From assembly GCF_046119375.1 (NCBI RefSeq), contig NW_027362771.1, positions 427,862,001-427,926,000 of the forward strand: 64,000 nt of DNA, in the 5' to 3' direction. Of this stretch, positions 22,313 through 34,200 are shown piece by piece. The notes beneath the pieces are model-generated. The model was given only the letters and a program-made list of their open reading frames with translations. It was not told the DNA's origin and searched no databases. The position numbers and the translations under genes were made by a program. Each line of letters opens with the position of its first letter. Position 1 is the stretch's first letter. Source of the stretch: Phyllobates terribilis. Its lineage: Eukaryota.

Positions 22313-25300
22313 AAGGGGGGGGTACTGTTAGAACCTTGCTGTTAGGTTTTTTTTCCTTTGCTGGTCACATGACCTTGTTGGCCTATTTAATCCTGCTCCG
22401 CCCTTCTGGCTTTGCTGGACTTCATTGTATATCTACTTTCTAGCTAGCCTGTGCTCTGTATCTAACTCTGTTAGTTTGCTTGGTCTACGGACCTCTATGT
22501 TCTATCTATTTTGTTTGTTCGTCTGTCTGCTACTATTTCTGTTAGGAGGTGTCCCATATTCCTCCCAGTCCTTAGTACTTGTAGGGATTCCCTCCCCACA
22601 TCTATAGGTCTCCGTACAGACTAGATTAGGACTTTAGCAGGTCTGATCGCAGGATCAGGTTCCCTGTTACATCGTAGGGATTCAGCTGAGTCCTATAGTA
22701 GGGACAGATCTCCTCTCTTTCCTTAGCTTTGGTAGCAGAACTTAACACTTCCAGCTTTCCATAAAAGTAGAAAATGGAAAATGACAGAAACCAATATCTA
22801 CCAGAACCATCAGGATGTTACACTAAACCCGCTGCCTCATTATGGATGGAAAGAGACCCAAGATAGTGATCCGGCAGTGAGCCTAGTGAAGAGGCTGGTA
22901 AGCCAACCGGATTCCAAACTTGAGAAGAATGCTCCCCCAGAGGCCCAATACCTGTGGAAAGAAAGAAGCAGGTTATTTATCTACTAAAACCAATTGTGCA
23001 GACGGTATATCAATCCAAGGACACATGAAATGGTATGGCAAGTTGTGGTTCCAAAGAGAGACGTCCAAATGGTATTGGAAGCGTACCATAATGGAGCAGG
23101 CACTTTGGATGGAGAAAACTGGAAATACTGTGACGTGAGAGGTTTTATTGGATTGGCATGAGGTCTTCCATAGAAAAATGGTGTAAAAATTGTGGCCCAT
23201 GCTCATTAAGAAGAGGAGATCATAACAACCAGAAAGCACCACTCCAGCCTATCATAACCAAACAGCCCTTGGGACTAGTAGCCTTGGATCATGTCAAACT
23301 CACACCCAATAGATCAGGCTATACTTATGCTCTTACCATGGTGGACCACTATTCCAGATTCCTAGTGGTAGCTCCTGTGAAGGACTTGACAGCTAAGACA
23401 GCAGCAAGAACCTTTCAAGCTTATTTCTGCAGGCCACATGGATATCCAGAACAGGTATAGACAGATCAGGGTCCTGCCTTTGAAGCGGAAATATTTCAAG
23501 TGTTCTGTAGCTTGTATGGATGCAAGAAAATTAGTACGGAATGTGCGAAAAAATGAATCACGTGGTAATAGAATTGCTGAAGACTCTACCCTTGGAAGAC
23601 AGAAACTGATGGCCAGAAAAATTAACAGATCTGATTGACATCTATAACAACATCCCAGTAAGCTCAACTAATTGTACCCCGGCATACTTGATGAGAGCGA
23701 GACCAGGAAAATTTCCAGTGGACTTTGAAATGGGCATTGTAGTTCCTGAGGAAGACCCCTCAAGTGCAGATTGGGATACTAGAAGAACAGAACAATACAA
23801 GAAAATACAGGAGTGTGTTGAGAAAAGTCTAGCAAAATCCAGAGAAAGACAAGAAACCAATTTCAATAAAAACGCACAAGGAATCCCGTTAACCCCCGGA
23901 GAATTGGTTTTGAAAAGGAAAAAGAGACTTCATAAGCTAGATAATCAATGGGAAGAAGAACAATACACTGTATTACCATCCAATTTTGACAACCAGAAAA
24001 CCTGTCTAATCAGCATGGATAACGGAAAAACAACAGCAACAGTGTCCCGAGACCACTTAAAGAAGTGTCCTTAACCCTTACAACAAAAAGAATATATCCC
24101 TTGTCCCATACCAGAAGAAGAGACGCCAAGGACAATTAAGACAGGAGAGTTACCTGCAGATTGGACCCAAATAGAAGGAGCATATTTAATTCCCATGTTG
24201 ACATTTCCACAACCAGTACAAGGATCAAGAGCAGAAGAACCACCTGCTGCAGCCGAGATAGGGAATCCTGCAATCGGTGTACCTGCCATTCCCACTAGGG
24301 GAGTGGGAAGACACTCCGGCATACCTGTGCTATTTAGACCAACACATGAGTCAGTAAGTAGTGTTTGCTCCACACCAGGCTTACCCACCAGTGGAATACC
24401 AGTTTTACGGAGGTCATCACGTATTAATTTTGGACACCCACCACTCAGATACAGGGAGTAAACCATAACAAGTGGGAAATGTAAATAGGTTAAAAAATGT
24501 AAATATGTGGTTAAAGTCAGTATATAGAAGGGTGACGAGTAGACCAAAATAGGTTACACCAGGTACACCACATAAAAAAAGGGGTGAGTAGAGTGGGTGT
24601 AAGAAGCTGTCTAGGGAGAGCAAAATCTTGGTCAATAGGTGACCCCAGGGCCAAAAGGCCTGCAGTGCTTATGACCTGTAGAGGCCCCTGCAGTACCTAG
24701 GACTCTTGCGCCAAGGCACACGTAGCAAATGTTTTATTGAGTATTGCGAATTATTAAGTCTATTTGAATCTTTAAGCCTACAGAGACTTTACCTGTTTGG
24801 ACGTCTGAAACTTTTTGCAAATTTTTAAGAATGGACTGAAGCCACAGGATTGGTGGTAGCAAAAACACATTCCCTTTAACAGCCTGCAGCAGATCGACTA
24901 GCGTTGTATGGACTGGTTATCCGTTTTTCCCATTTTCCTTGGTTATTGTAAATTTTATTTTTGGGACTCTGTTCAAATTACAAATGTAAATGTTAATGTT
25001 ATGTTATCTTTGTTAAAAAAAAAAATGTTTCAGTCCCAGAGGACTGAAGTTGACTAGGGGGGAATGTGACACCCCTGCGGGGAATTACCACAGGATCCAT
25101 AGGTGCAGGGGGAGATGTACGCTTGAGCACACACAACACCTTCCACCCCAGGTCTGAGGGGAGGAGTCAGTTTCCAGGGAGACAGCAAAGCGGCAGTTAG
25201 TCTGGAAAACGGGGGTGAAGGAAGGATGAAAAAGAGAGCTGTGTTGTGAAAGCGCCCTAGAGAGAGGGATGGAGGCTAGAAGGAGAAAGAAAGAGATAAA

Positions 25301-26601
25301 ACGATTATCCCTTTAGCTCACCCGGACACCGGAGTCCGAGATTGCTATTAATTTAGGAATAGCATAGAAAACCCGGACAGATCAGGAGGATCTATTCCCC
25401 CTGAAGAAGAAGGGGAAAGAGGTGCCAAACTTGACCAAGTATAGGACCAGGGGCTCAAAAAAAAAATGGTAGCCCCAAGGAAAGGTCCTCATTGTCAGTT
25501 GTGGAGAAGGACCCCAAAGAAAGTCAAGGTGGCAGGTTCAGCTTAAGGCAGGACTGACCCCAAACAATGCACACAGTGTTAGAGGAGGCTTCACAAATCC
25601 CCTAAGTGAATAACTCTACCTGCACCGAAAAACTGGGTTACCCTCCTGAACTGTACTTGTTACCGGACATCAGTAAAAAAAAAAGAAGGTATTGAAACAA
25701 AGACTTAATGTGTGTGTGTGTGCCTACTTTGTGATTATTGCCTATAGCGCTCGGACAAGCCGTATGCCGATCACCTCAGCGACCATTCACAGCGCTGGTA
25801 ATCGATATTACCAGTTACCACAGGAGGTGTCACGACACAGTACTCCCATCATCCTAACCCCCATCACTTCACTGAGTGTCCAGCCCACGGAACTGGGAAC
25901 CGACCAACCGTGATCCCCACCGAAGTAGCCCATCCATCCCGGTATCCGAGTACCCCTACCCTGTCGACCGAATCAGATATTCCACCATTCATACAATATA
26001 TGAATAATAACCAGTTTAATTTAAAATTCACATATACGACAAACAAAAAGAATATTACTTTTCTTGATTTGGAACTAACTGGAGAACATGATTCATTAAT
26101 ACACAACACCACATACAGAAAACCAGTTTCAGGGAACACTATACTTCATGCCAATAGTTTCCATCCCCCACACACATTGAAAGCTATCCCAGCTGGAGAG
26201 CTACCTTGAGCAAAGAGGAACTGTAGCAACAACACTTCTTTCAAGCAGGAATCGGAAATTATTAAATCGAGACTTGCAGTTCGTAATTATCCTACTTGGT
26301 CATTAAATCGTGGTACAAAAATTGTAGACACGAAACCTAGAAAAAATCTCCTGGATAAAAGACTGAATAATAATGAAAATGCAGAAACAAAAAATATACT
26401 AACTTAAGTACATATAGTACATTTTTTCAATCCATTTCAGACATAGTCAAACGAAATTTAAATATTTTAAGAGACGATGATACTATTGACTCTATTTAGA
26501 GAAAGGAATAAGAATAGTATCTCGCAAAGCTCCAACAATAGGAAATCAATTATCTCCCAGCCTTTACAAATCCCCTGTCACTCCAGCACAAAAAAAACTG
26601 G

Positions 26602-27075
26602 TTGCTAATAAATGGTTTCCACAAATGCGGTTTTACTGCATGTAAAACATGTTCACACACTAAAAAAACAATATCTACTTATTCTAATAGCAACAATGAC
26701 CGGGCTTATAATATTAAAAGCTTTCTCAATTGTAATACGGATCATATTATTTATGTCATAGAGTGCACTTTATGCAATCTAAAATTTGTAGGATCTACAA
26801 CCAGAAAAATGCGAACACGCATAAGAGAACACTTATATGATATAGAACATCCTTCAACACGCAATATATCTAATATTTCTAGACATTTTATTTCCAACCA
26901 TAGTAGACAATTAAATGGGCTTTTTGTCTATGGAATCGAACATATTACAAAGAAACTTCGTGGTGCAGATAGGGAAAAATTGCTTCGTAATAGAGAAGCA
27001 TATTGGATATTTGCATTAAATACCAGAGTCCCCTCGGGTCTCAATCTGAGAAGAGAAATTATCTTACACTATTAA
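26602..27075 (+). pseudogene. Penelope Cys-finger linker + GIY-YIG endonuclease domain
   Basis: KCGFTACKTCSH, IIYVIECTLCNLKFVGST, RTRIREH, REAYWIFALNTRVPSGLN. Confidence 0.9.
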
Positions 27076-27651
27076 AGCTATTGGTATACTATCGTATTGT
27101 TTTTATAAGCTTTGTTTTTATCAATGTTATTTTGTCTTTGTTTTCTTCTGGAATACACACCTGTTGACTGATTTTCCTAATGAACTGGATGTATAGGGTG
27201 CCTCCCTTCTTGCTAGTTCAGATTTATACCAAGTTTAAGAACTAGTGCTGTCCGAAACGCGTATGATATTCAGCATTGTATCCCATGTTTCCCTAATTCC
27301 AGATATGGATTTTTGATTGTTCACATTATCAAGATGGATTTTTTAATATATATAAAATAAAACGTTTTGAATTTAAAATTTTGGACGTTTGGTGAGCTGG
27401 ATCTATTTCTCCTATACCTCTGAATAGCTTCACTGACACACTGCTACTAACTGTAAATGGAAGACATTATTTTCCATGATCGCTACAAATGGCTGGATTT
27501 GTATCGCAGTTATATGTGATATGTCTGATGGATGCCAACGATTTTAAATAGTGGGCTTGTAGCTTCCTATTATTCACAGCGACCACGTGTCAATAGCTTC
27601 ACTGACACATTGCTACAAACTGTAAATGAAGGATAATATTTTCCATGTTCA

Positions 27652-28039
27652 GGCTGTGTGCCCACGTAGCATTTTTCAAGCGTATATGCTGCGGAATTTC
27701 CGCAGCGTAAACGCTTGAAAAACGCATGTATATCCGCACCCCATGGTCCCCAATGGGATTCCGCAAGTTCTATGCACATGCTGCGGATTTTTCCGCAGCG
27801 TTTATGCCGCGTTCAAAAATCCGCAGCATGTCATTTAATTTTGCGTTTCCGCAAGCGGAATTGCCTTAGTCCAATGCATAAAAAACGCAAGGCAATTCCG
27901 CATGTGGAAAACGCGTGATAAACGCGCTAAAAATGCGCGATAAACGCGTGCGGAATTCCGCATGCGTTTTTCCGGGAGAGGACTTGCATTTATGCAGCAG
28001 AAATTTTCTGCTTCATAAATGCAACGTGGGCACATAGCC
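27652..28039. mobile_element. Palindromic MITE with GGCT(A/G)TGTGCCCACG termini (probably PIF/Harbinger-type)
   Basis: TIR GGCTGTGTGCCCACGT / ACGTGGGCACATAGCC, with internal TGCGG/CCGCA motifs. Confidence 0.8.
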
Positions 28040-29017
28040 TTAATGTGAGAGAGTGAACTGTGATAGCAGCAGGAGAGCATTAGGACCCTGTGAGTTTTGC
28101 CTTGCTGAGCTCAGAGCAGGGGCAGATCAGGAGACCCTGTGTGCTGAGGGTGTCTGCTGTGTGAGATTCTGGATGGGGCTTCTGAGAACTGTGAGGACTG
28201 AACTGCAACAAGACTTTCTCTCTACAAGCTTTCCTGTGGGGGTTGATAACCCCTTGCCCTGGTGAAGCTGTGTCCCTGCTTAAGGACGAGTGCTGAGCTG
28301 GGGAAAGCTGTGTGGCTCTTTGGAGTTTTGTGGAAGTCCATGCTGAGTGACTGTGAGAGGAGAGAAGGGGTCCGGTGCCATTCACATTGAGAAGATACTG
28401 ACAAGCCTTGTGAAGAGTTCTTCCCAGACCTTAACCTGAGGCTACAGGACTAAAGTCCCCGGCGTGTGGGCTCGGCATCGGCCGACAAGACAAGGAACCT
28501 TTGCTGTTTTTGTGAACTTTGCTTTTTATTTGGCGCCAAAGTTTTACCGGGACTAGCTGCAGCTACCGAGATAAACAGGCCTGTGATAGACGACATCTTA
28601 GGTTAACGGTACCGTAACTTTAAGATACCCGGGTATCCCTATACTAGGGGAATAAGAGCAATTGGTATAGTTTCATGCATTGTTATTGTTAATAGTGGAA
28701 GGCTTGTACTCAGTGTGCCATCTCAGGGGTCCCTATAGAACACCCTCACTAGATTGACACAGTGTTTAGGTAAAATTGTTCCAGATCTTTAGAATAATTC
28801 ACATAAACTGGAAACCTTGAGATTGGCACATGGATTTCAGCTTTTGCCGATTGTGTGTATTTAGTAGAGACAGTCTCCCAAGGTAGAACCTGAGACTGAT
28901 TGCAATACTGAATTTTAGTTTAATCCCCGTTTTAGTAAAGAAAGTGTTGTTTATTTCTGTCTCTGTCTCAGTTTATGACTCACTGGATCTCTCTCGGACC
29001 TCCGGTCATTACCTTTT

Positions 29018-29035
29018 TGGCATAGTCGGCAGGAT
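29018..29035 (+). promoter_or_regulatory. Primer-binding site complementary to tRNA-Ser
   Basis: TGGCATAGTCGGCAGGAT versus TGGCGTAGTCGGCAGGAT, the complement of the vertebrate tRNA-Ser 3' end as recalled (17/18). Confidence 0.8.
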
Positions 29036-29989
29036 CCAGTGCTTGTCATGGACAGAGGCGAGGGAAGAAATGACTCTGCCGCACCAGCAGCCCCCCCGCT
29101 GGTAGCGGAACCCCTGGCAGCCGCAGCGACTCTGGGAGGATATGTGCCGGTAGGAGCTTTACTCCAGCACATGCCGAAATACGACGAGCGTAACATGCCA
29201 TTGCAGGAGTGGGCTGAGAGGGTCCGGAGTCTTCTGCGTATGTGTAATCTGGCCCCCGCATTATGTCCAGAGTCAGAGAGGAGCACGTTAGAGAAAATTT
29301 TGGAGCTGTTAGAGGGGAGTTCGGGAGGCCGGGCTCTTGTGGCCCAGCTTCGTTCCTTGTTTTTTAATCGGCCCCAAAGGGAATGTGAGACCTTGATGCA
29401 GTACTCGAATACATTGCAGGAAACGTTTAATGAGGTGCAGCAACTAGACCCAGGGTCCATGGGGGCATTCCGAGAGGTAGACCACTTGCTCCGGGATCAA
29501 TTCATAACAGGGTTAGCCAATAAACTCCTTCGAGACAAACTGATGGAGATGACCCAAGCTTCCCGGAATTATCCTTCTGGCAGATTTATCGGGACGCAGT
29601 GGAAAGGGAGGAGGAGTCTACTCTGGTGGTCGAGGGGGCAGTGGATAGTGCACAGCTGGAGGGAGGTCAGGCGCCAGTTTCAGGAGGGGGAGGACTGGTA
29701 TACGTTGTACAGGCTCTGCGTGCCGAACTGAAGGAGCTAAAGCTAGAGGTGTCTAAACTCAGAGCTGGGCCGGCCCCTACTCTCACGGAAGGGCTACCCA
29801 TCGCGTCCTCTGGAATGGTGGTTCCGCAGTCTGCCAGGTCGTCCTCCTCGAATGATTCTGTGTGACCCACGTGGAAGCCCTACCCTGGGAGATGGGGGAC
29901 TCGGAGTCGGGTCCTTTTGATGTAGAGATGGGGTGTAACCGTGGCCCGGACCCAACCCGTGCCCAGGGTCGTCACACTAAAACAAAAGA

Positions 29990-31217
29990 GATTGTACGGG
30001 CTTATCCGGGTTGAGTGGCTGATCTCGACTACGCCACCTGTGGCACCTGGTGAAGGCCACCAGCGCCGCTGCAGTCCGCTGAGGCATGGTGTTATGGCAG
30101 CTGTAGTTGTTACTACTCCCCACAGGCGGAGTAAGGCCTCAGGGCAGAGGGACAGGATGACGCGGGTAGTAGTCTAGGAGGTCTGGTGCTGCGTAGCGCG
30201 GTGTAGTGCAGAACAAAGAGTCCAGAGGCCATAGGGGTTAACTTCCAGGGTTTTTACTCACGTTGCAGAGTACAGCTGCAAGGCTTCTCCCTGCTCCACG
30301 CGGAGTTCTGCGGTCACCAGAGACGGGGGGGGGGGGGTCCGACAACCTCCGAGTAAGTCCAGCGTTCAATCAGGACCCCGCACCAGAGTGTTCCTAGACT
30401 TCAGACTGGGTACTTTCCTGTCTGTGTGTGTGTGTAAATAGGCCGGGTCTCCCTCTGAACTCCTCTCAGAAAAAGGATACGGGTGGCAGCTCCGCTCCTT
30501 CCGTTACCCGGTGGGATCCTCAGGGCCTACTGGGCTTTCCCGACCAGGACGTGGAGTAGCAAGGTCGGGTGTCTGGGGTCGGTACCCCTCTTGCAGCCGG
30601 AATCCCTCTGAATATATCAGGTTGGTGAGGACAGGTGGCGTATACCGCTCCGTCTGCATCCTCCCTGGGATCCATTTGCTGGGGAGCTACACTCCTGAGC
30701 TCCGGGCCTTCTTGGTCATGGTCCTTGACCGGGTTGAGACATTCATTATCTGCAACCTGCCCCTCGACCCAAGGCCAAGGTACGAGGGCTGTGTCTCCAT
30801 CCGATGCAGGCCCACACAGGATCCGCTTACAGGGTAGGAGGTCACAGTAGAACAGTCAAAGAACCATCATGGAGCAAACTGAAGGACAGGCTGACGGACA
30901 GAAAGGACCATTAGAACAGAAAAGGACCTAGAACCAAGATGGCTGCGTATTAAATATTAAATTTTAAGTGTCACTAAAATGTGAGTCCCCCTCCCTCACC
31001 CACTAAATGGTTCCCCTAGCTCTTGGTTCCCCAGTCTCCCTGTAACCAGGAGGGCAGCACCTAGTGCATTCTAGCCCCCTCTGGTGGGAGAAGTGTGGTG
31101 TTGGATGTGAAGGAAGGATCCTGACCATCGCACTGTTCTTACCTCAGAGGAGGAACACTACACTCCATTAGAGAAGTGCAGCATCCCTGTGGCGGTCGAA
31201 CCCTCAGGGGCGCCACA
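29990..31217 (-). mobile_element. Antisense LTR (30039-31217) plus PBS and ~40 nt of leader from another Gypsy, inserted in the gag of element C
   Basis: On the minus strand TGTGGCGCCCC...GGTGCCACA is followed by GG-TGGCGTAGTCG (30026-30036). Confidence 0.8.
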
Positions 31218-34200
31218 ATTCAAGTTCTCGTCCACGAGGATCAGTCACCTGCTGGAGGTGTGGGCGTCGGGGACACATCTCCCGATACTGCCGGATGTCT
31301 GCAGCCCCGGAGCCTCCTTCGTCGGCATTAAACTCCCAGCCGCTGCCATGAGAGAGCGAGCACCAGCGGCCCACCCCCCACAAAGCCCTCGATGGGAAGA
31401 ACAAGATTTGCTCGCATGCAGTCCAGTGCTGGATGCAGAGTTTGAAGGGGGGAAGAAGAGATGCTTGGTTGACACAGGATCCGAATGTACCATAATGCCC
31501 TTAGAGGTATACGAAAGGCACTTCAGTCAACTAGTGGTTCCCGAGGACGGCCGAGTGATACGACTTACCGCCGCTAAAAATGGCCAACTGATGGTGAAGG
31601 GGATCGTGTGGATGCAACTGAAAATGTTTGGTCTAGAGCTGGGTCAGAAAGGGATAGTGCTGGTGGACCACCCTCCTAGAAGAGGGATTGAGGTGACGCT
31701 CGGAATGAACGTTCTGTGAGATTTAAATCATCAGATGTATGCCAGTGAGGGACCCGATACTTGGTTTGTGCTACCCACCATCAACCCACACAGATAATGT
31801 TACACCGTCTAGTGCTGAGCTGCGATCTTCTGAAGAGTGCGGTCCCTGGGGGCCGGGTGGGTCTGGTCTGAGTGCCATCGCGGACCACGATCTAGCTAGC
31901 GCCCCGACAAGAAGAACTCTTAATGCTACCAGTGGGGGCTGCGCAGAGACTGAATGGGCTTGAAGTACTACTCGAGCCAACCCCAGAGAAGTCCTCGTTC
32001 GCCAAGGCGCATGTGGCCCGGTCTCTGGCGATTGTGAAGAATGGACGGGTGCCGGTCAGATGCATCAACGTTCTAGATGAGGTTGTTAAAATTCCTGCTG
32101 GGACCATTCTGGCTGAACTGTTCGTGACAGCAGGGAAAGTGCCTGACAAGGCAGTGTTCGAACTGCGCCCAGATGAACAGTCTTCCCCTGGACATACGCA
32201 GTCGAAGTAGGCCGGACCAAACCTCCTACTGAAGAATGGAATGGTCGTGTGATCATGGACCAGATGGGATTGGATCAGGAGAAACTGACCCCCGTGCAAT
32301 TGGAGCAGCTGGAGAGCGTCTTGTGGGAACATCAAGAGACCTTTTTGCGACATGCGGAGGATTTTGGTTGTTCCCGGATGATTGAGCATGAGATCGCCAT
32401 GGGGGATACCCCTCCTATTAGGGAACGTTATCGTCAAATTCCCCCAACGCTCTATCAAGAGGTGAAGCACATGGTGGCCGGTATGCTTGACAACCAAGTG
32501 ATCCGAGAGAGCCAGAGCCCCTGGGCGGGCCCTGTGGTCTTGGTGCGGAAGAAGGATGGGACCCTTCGGTTTTGTGTGGACTATTGCAAATTGAATGCTC
32601 ACACGGTGCGGGACGCATATCCATTACCTCGCATAGAAGAGTCTCTGTCGGCATTGGGTTGGGCCAAATATTTCTTGACGTTGGATTTAGCAACTGGCTA
32701 TTGGCAGGTACCAATGGCTGAAAAAGATCGGGCCAAGATGGCGTTTGTCCTACCAATGGGGCTCTATGAATTCAACCGGATGCCCTTCTAACGCCCCGGG
32801 AACTTTCCAACGCCTGATGGAACATTGCTTAGGCGATCTGAATTTTGAATCAGTCCTGATATATCTAGATGAAGACCATCTTGAGAAGTTATGTCAAGTT
32901 CTCCGGTGGCTCAGTTGTTATGGCCTAAAACTAAAACCAAAGAAGTGCCAACTGTTACAGAGTCAGATTGAGTATTTAGGTCACGTGGTGACTCCGGACG
33001 GGGTGCAGCCCGTGACCAGTAAGGTCATGGTCGTGCAGGAGTGACCACCTCCCCATACCCTGCGAGAGGTTCGGGCCTTCTTGGGTTTAGCGTGGTACTA
33101 TTGGCGATTTGTACCTAAGTTTTCACAAGTAGTGAGTCCCCTGAATGAGCTTTTAAGAGGGATGGCACAAGGCCCCCAAAATCGCCCCATCCCATGGGGA
33201 CCCCAGCAGCAAAAGGCATTTGAGGAGGTGAAGGCCACCCTAACGAGTGCTCCTTGTTGGCGTATGCCCAGGTTTGATTCCCCTTTCCTGTTATACACCG
33301 ATGGCAGTCTGCATGGGCTGGGGGCGGTACTAGCACAAGTGCAGGATGGTCAGGAGCGAGTAATCGCCTATGGCAGCAGGTCTTTAAGAGACACTGAAAG
33401 CAACCCAGCTAACTACAGCTCGTTTCGCCTAGAGCTACTGGCCCTGGTGTGGGCGATGACGGAACGCTTTGCCGAGTATTTAACAGGAGCTAAGGTGCTA
33501 GTCATGACTGATAATAACCCTCTGGCTCACATAGAAAACGCAAAACTGGGAGCGTTGGAGCAGCGGTAGGTTGCTCGTCTTGCTAAGTTTAACTATCAAA
33601 TTAAGTTTCGCTCTGGGTGGGAAAACGGAAATGCGGATGCACTCTCAAGGGTGCCCCTTGGGTCCTCGGGGGAAAATGTTGATGACCAGCTTGAGGACAC
33701 TGAAACCCCTGACTTGGGCAGGTACCTATCTTCCTAAGTGTGGTACATTCGAGTGGGGTGGCGTAAGGGATGCCGTGCGTTCTGGGAAAAACACCCTCGG
33801 ATTGGGCAAAAGACCAGAACGATTGCCCTGACATTGCACTAGTGCGCAATTGGGTACAAAAAGGGGTGTGGCCGCGTGCAGAGGAAAAGGCCCAGCTGTC
33901 CGCTGAAGGAATGAAGCTACTGCGACAGTGGGATACGTTGTGTGTGTAACAGGGCCTCTTGTACTGTAAGGTGTACCTGCCATCTGAGCTGCAGCACGGG
34001 GACCAGCTAGTAATCCCTATGGGGATGGGTCCGGTGGTCGCTCGAGAGGCGCATAAGAAGAGGGCCCACTTTGGGAGTGAAAAGACACTCCAGTGGCTAC
34101 AGCGAGTCCTCTATTGTCCTGAATTGGGGGGATGGTGACAGAGTCGTGTCGGCAGTGTCGGGTCTGTAAGAGCCCTGAGCAGCGGGCGCCCACGCAACCT

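Larger units (their letters stand above)
17769..22747 (+). mobile_element. Full-length chromoviral Ty3/Gypsy element B (Tf1/sushi group)
   Basis: 422-bp LTRs at 17769-18190 and 22326-22747 (TGTTA..TAACA) with no difference seen by eye. 5-bp TSD CTTCC at 17764-68 and 22748-52. PPT AGAAGGGGGGGG at 22311-22322. Confidence 0.97.
17030..25966 (+). mobile_element. Ty3/Gypsy element A, 3' half only (end of RT, RNase H, integrase, PPT, 3' LTR 25065-~25966), degenerate
   Basis: RNase H VLYTDASNVGLGAVL..YSSFKLEFLALVWAVTE. Integrase fragments LVALDHV, MVDHYSRF and TDQGPAFE. Purine tract GACTAGGGGGGAA precedes TGTGACACCC. Confidence 0.85.
15907..27420 (+). mobile_element. Penelope-like element (Neptune-type, RT + GIY-YIG), 5'-truncated and interrupted by Gypsy elements
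   Basis: 12-bp direct repeat TGAATAGCTTCA at 15895-15906 and 27421-27432. RT N-half 16170-17012 (DKGGSIVVM, ALPKTHK, RPIISGIGS) and RT thumb 25967-26250 (NLKFT, ITFLDL, YRKP). Confidence 0.88.

Noticed and set aside
29018-30036. tRNA-Ser-like sequence as a tRNA gene
   Set aside because: Only 11-18 nt complementary to a tRNA 3' end, next to LTR ends. These are primer-binding sites.
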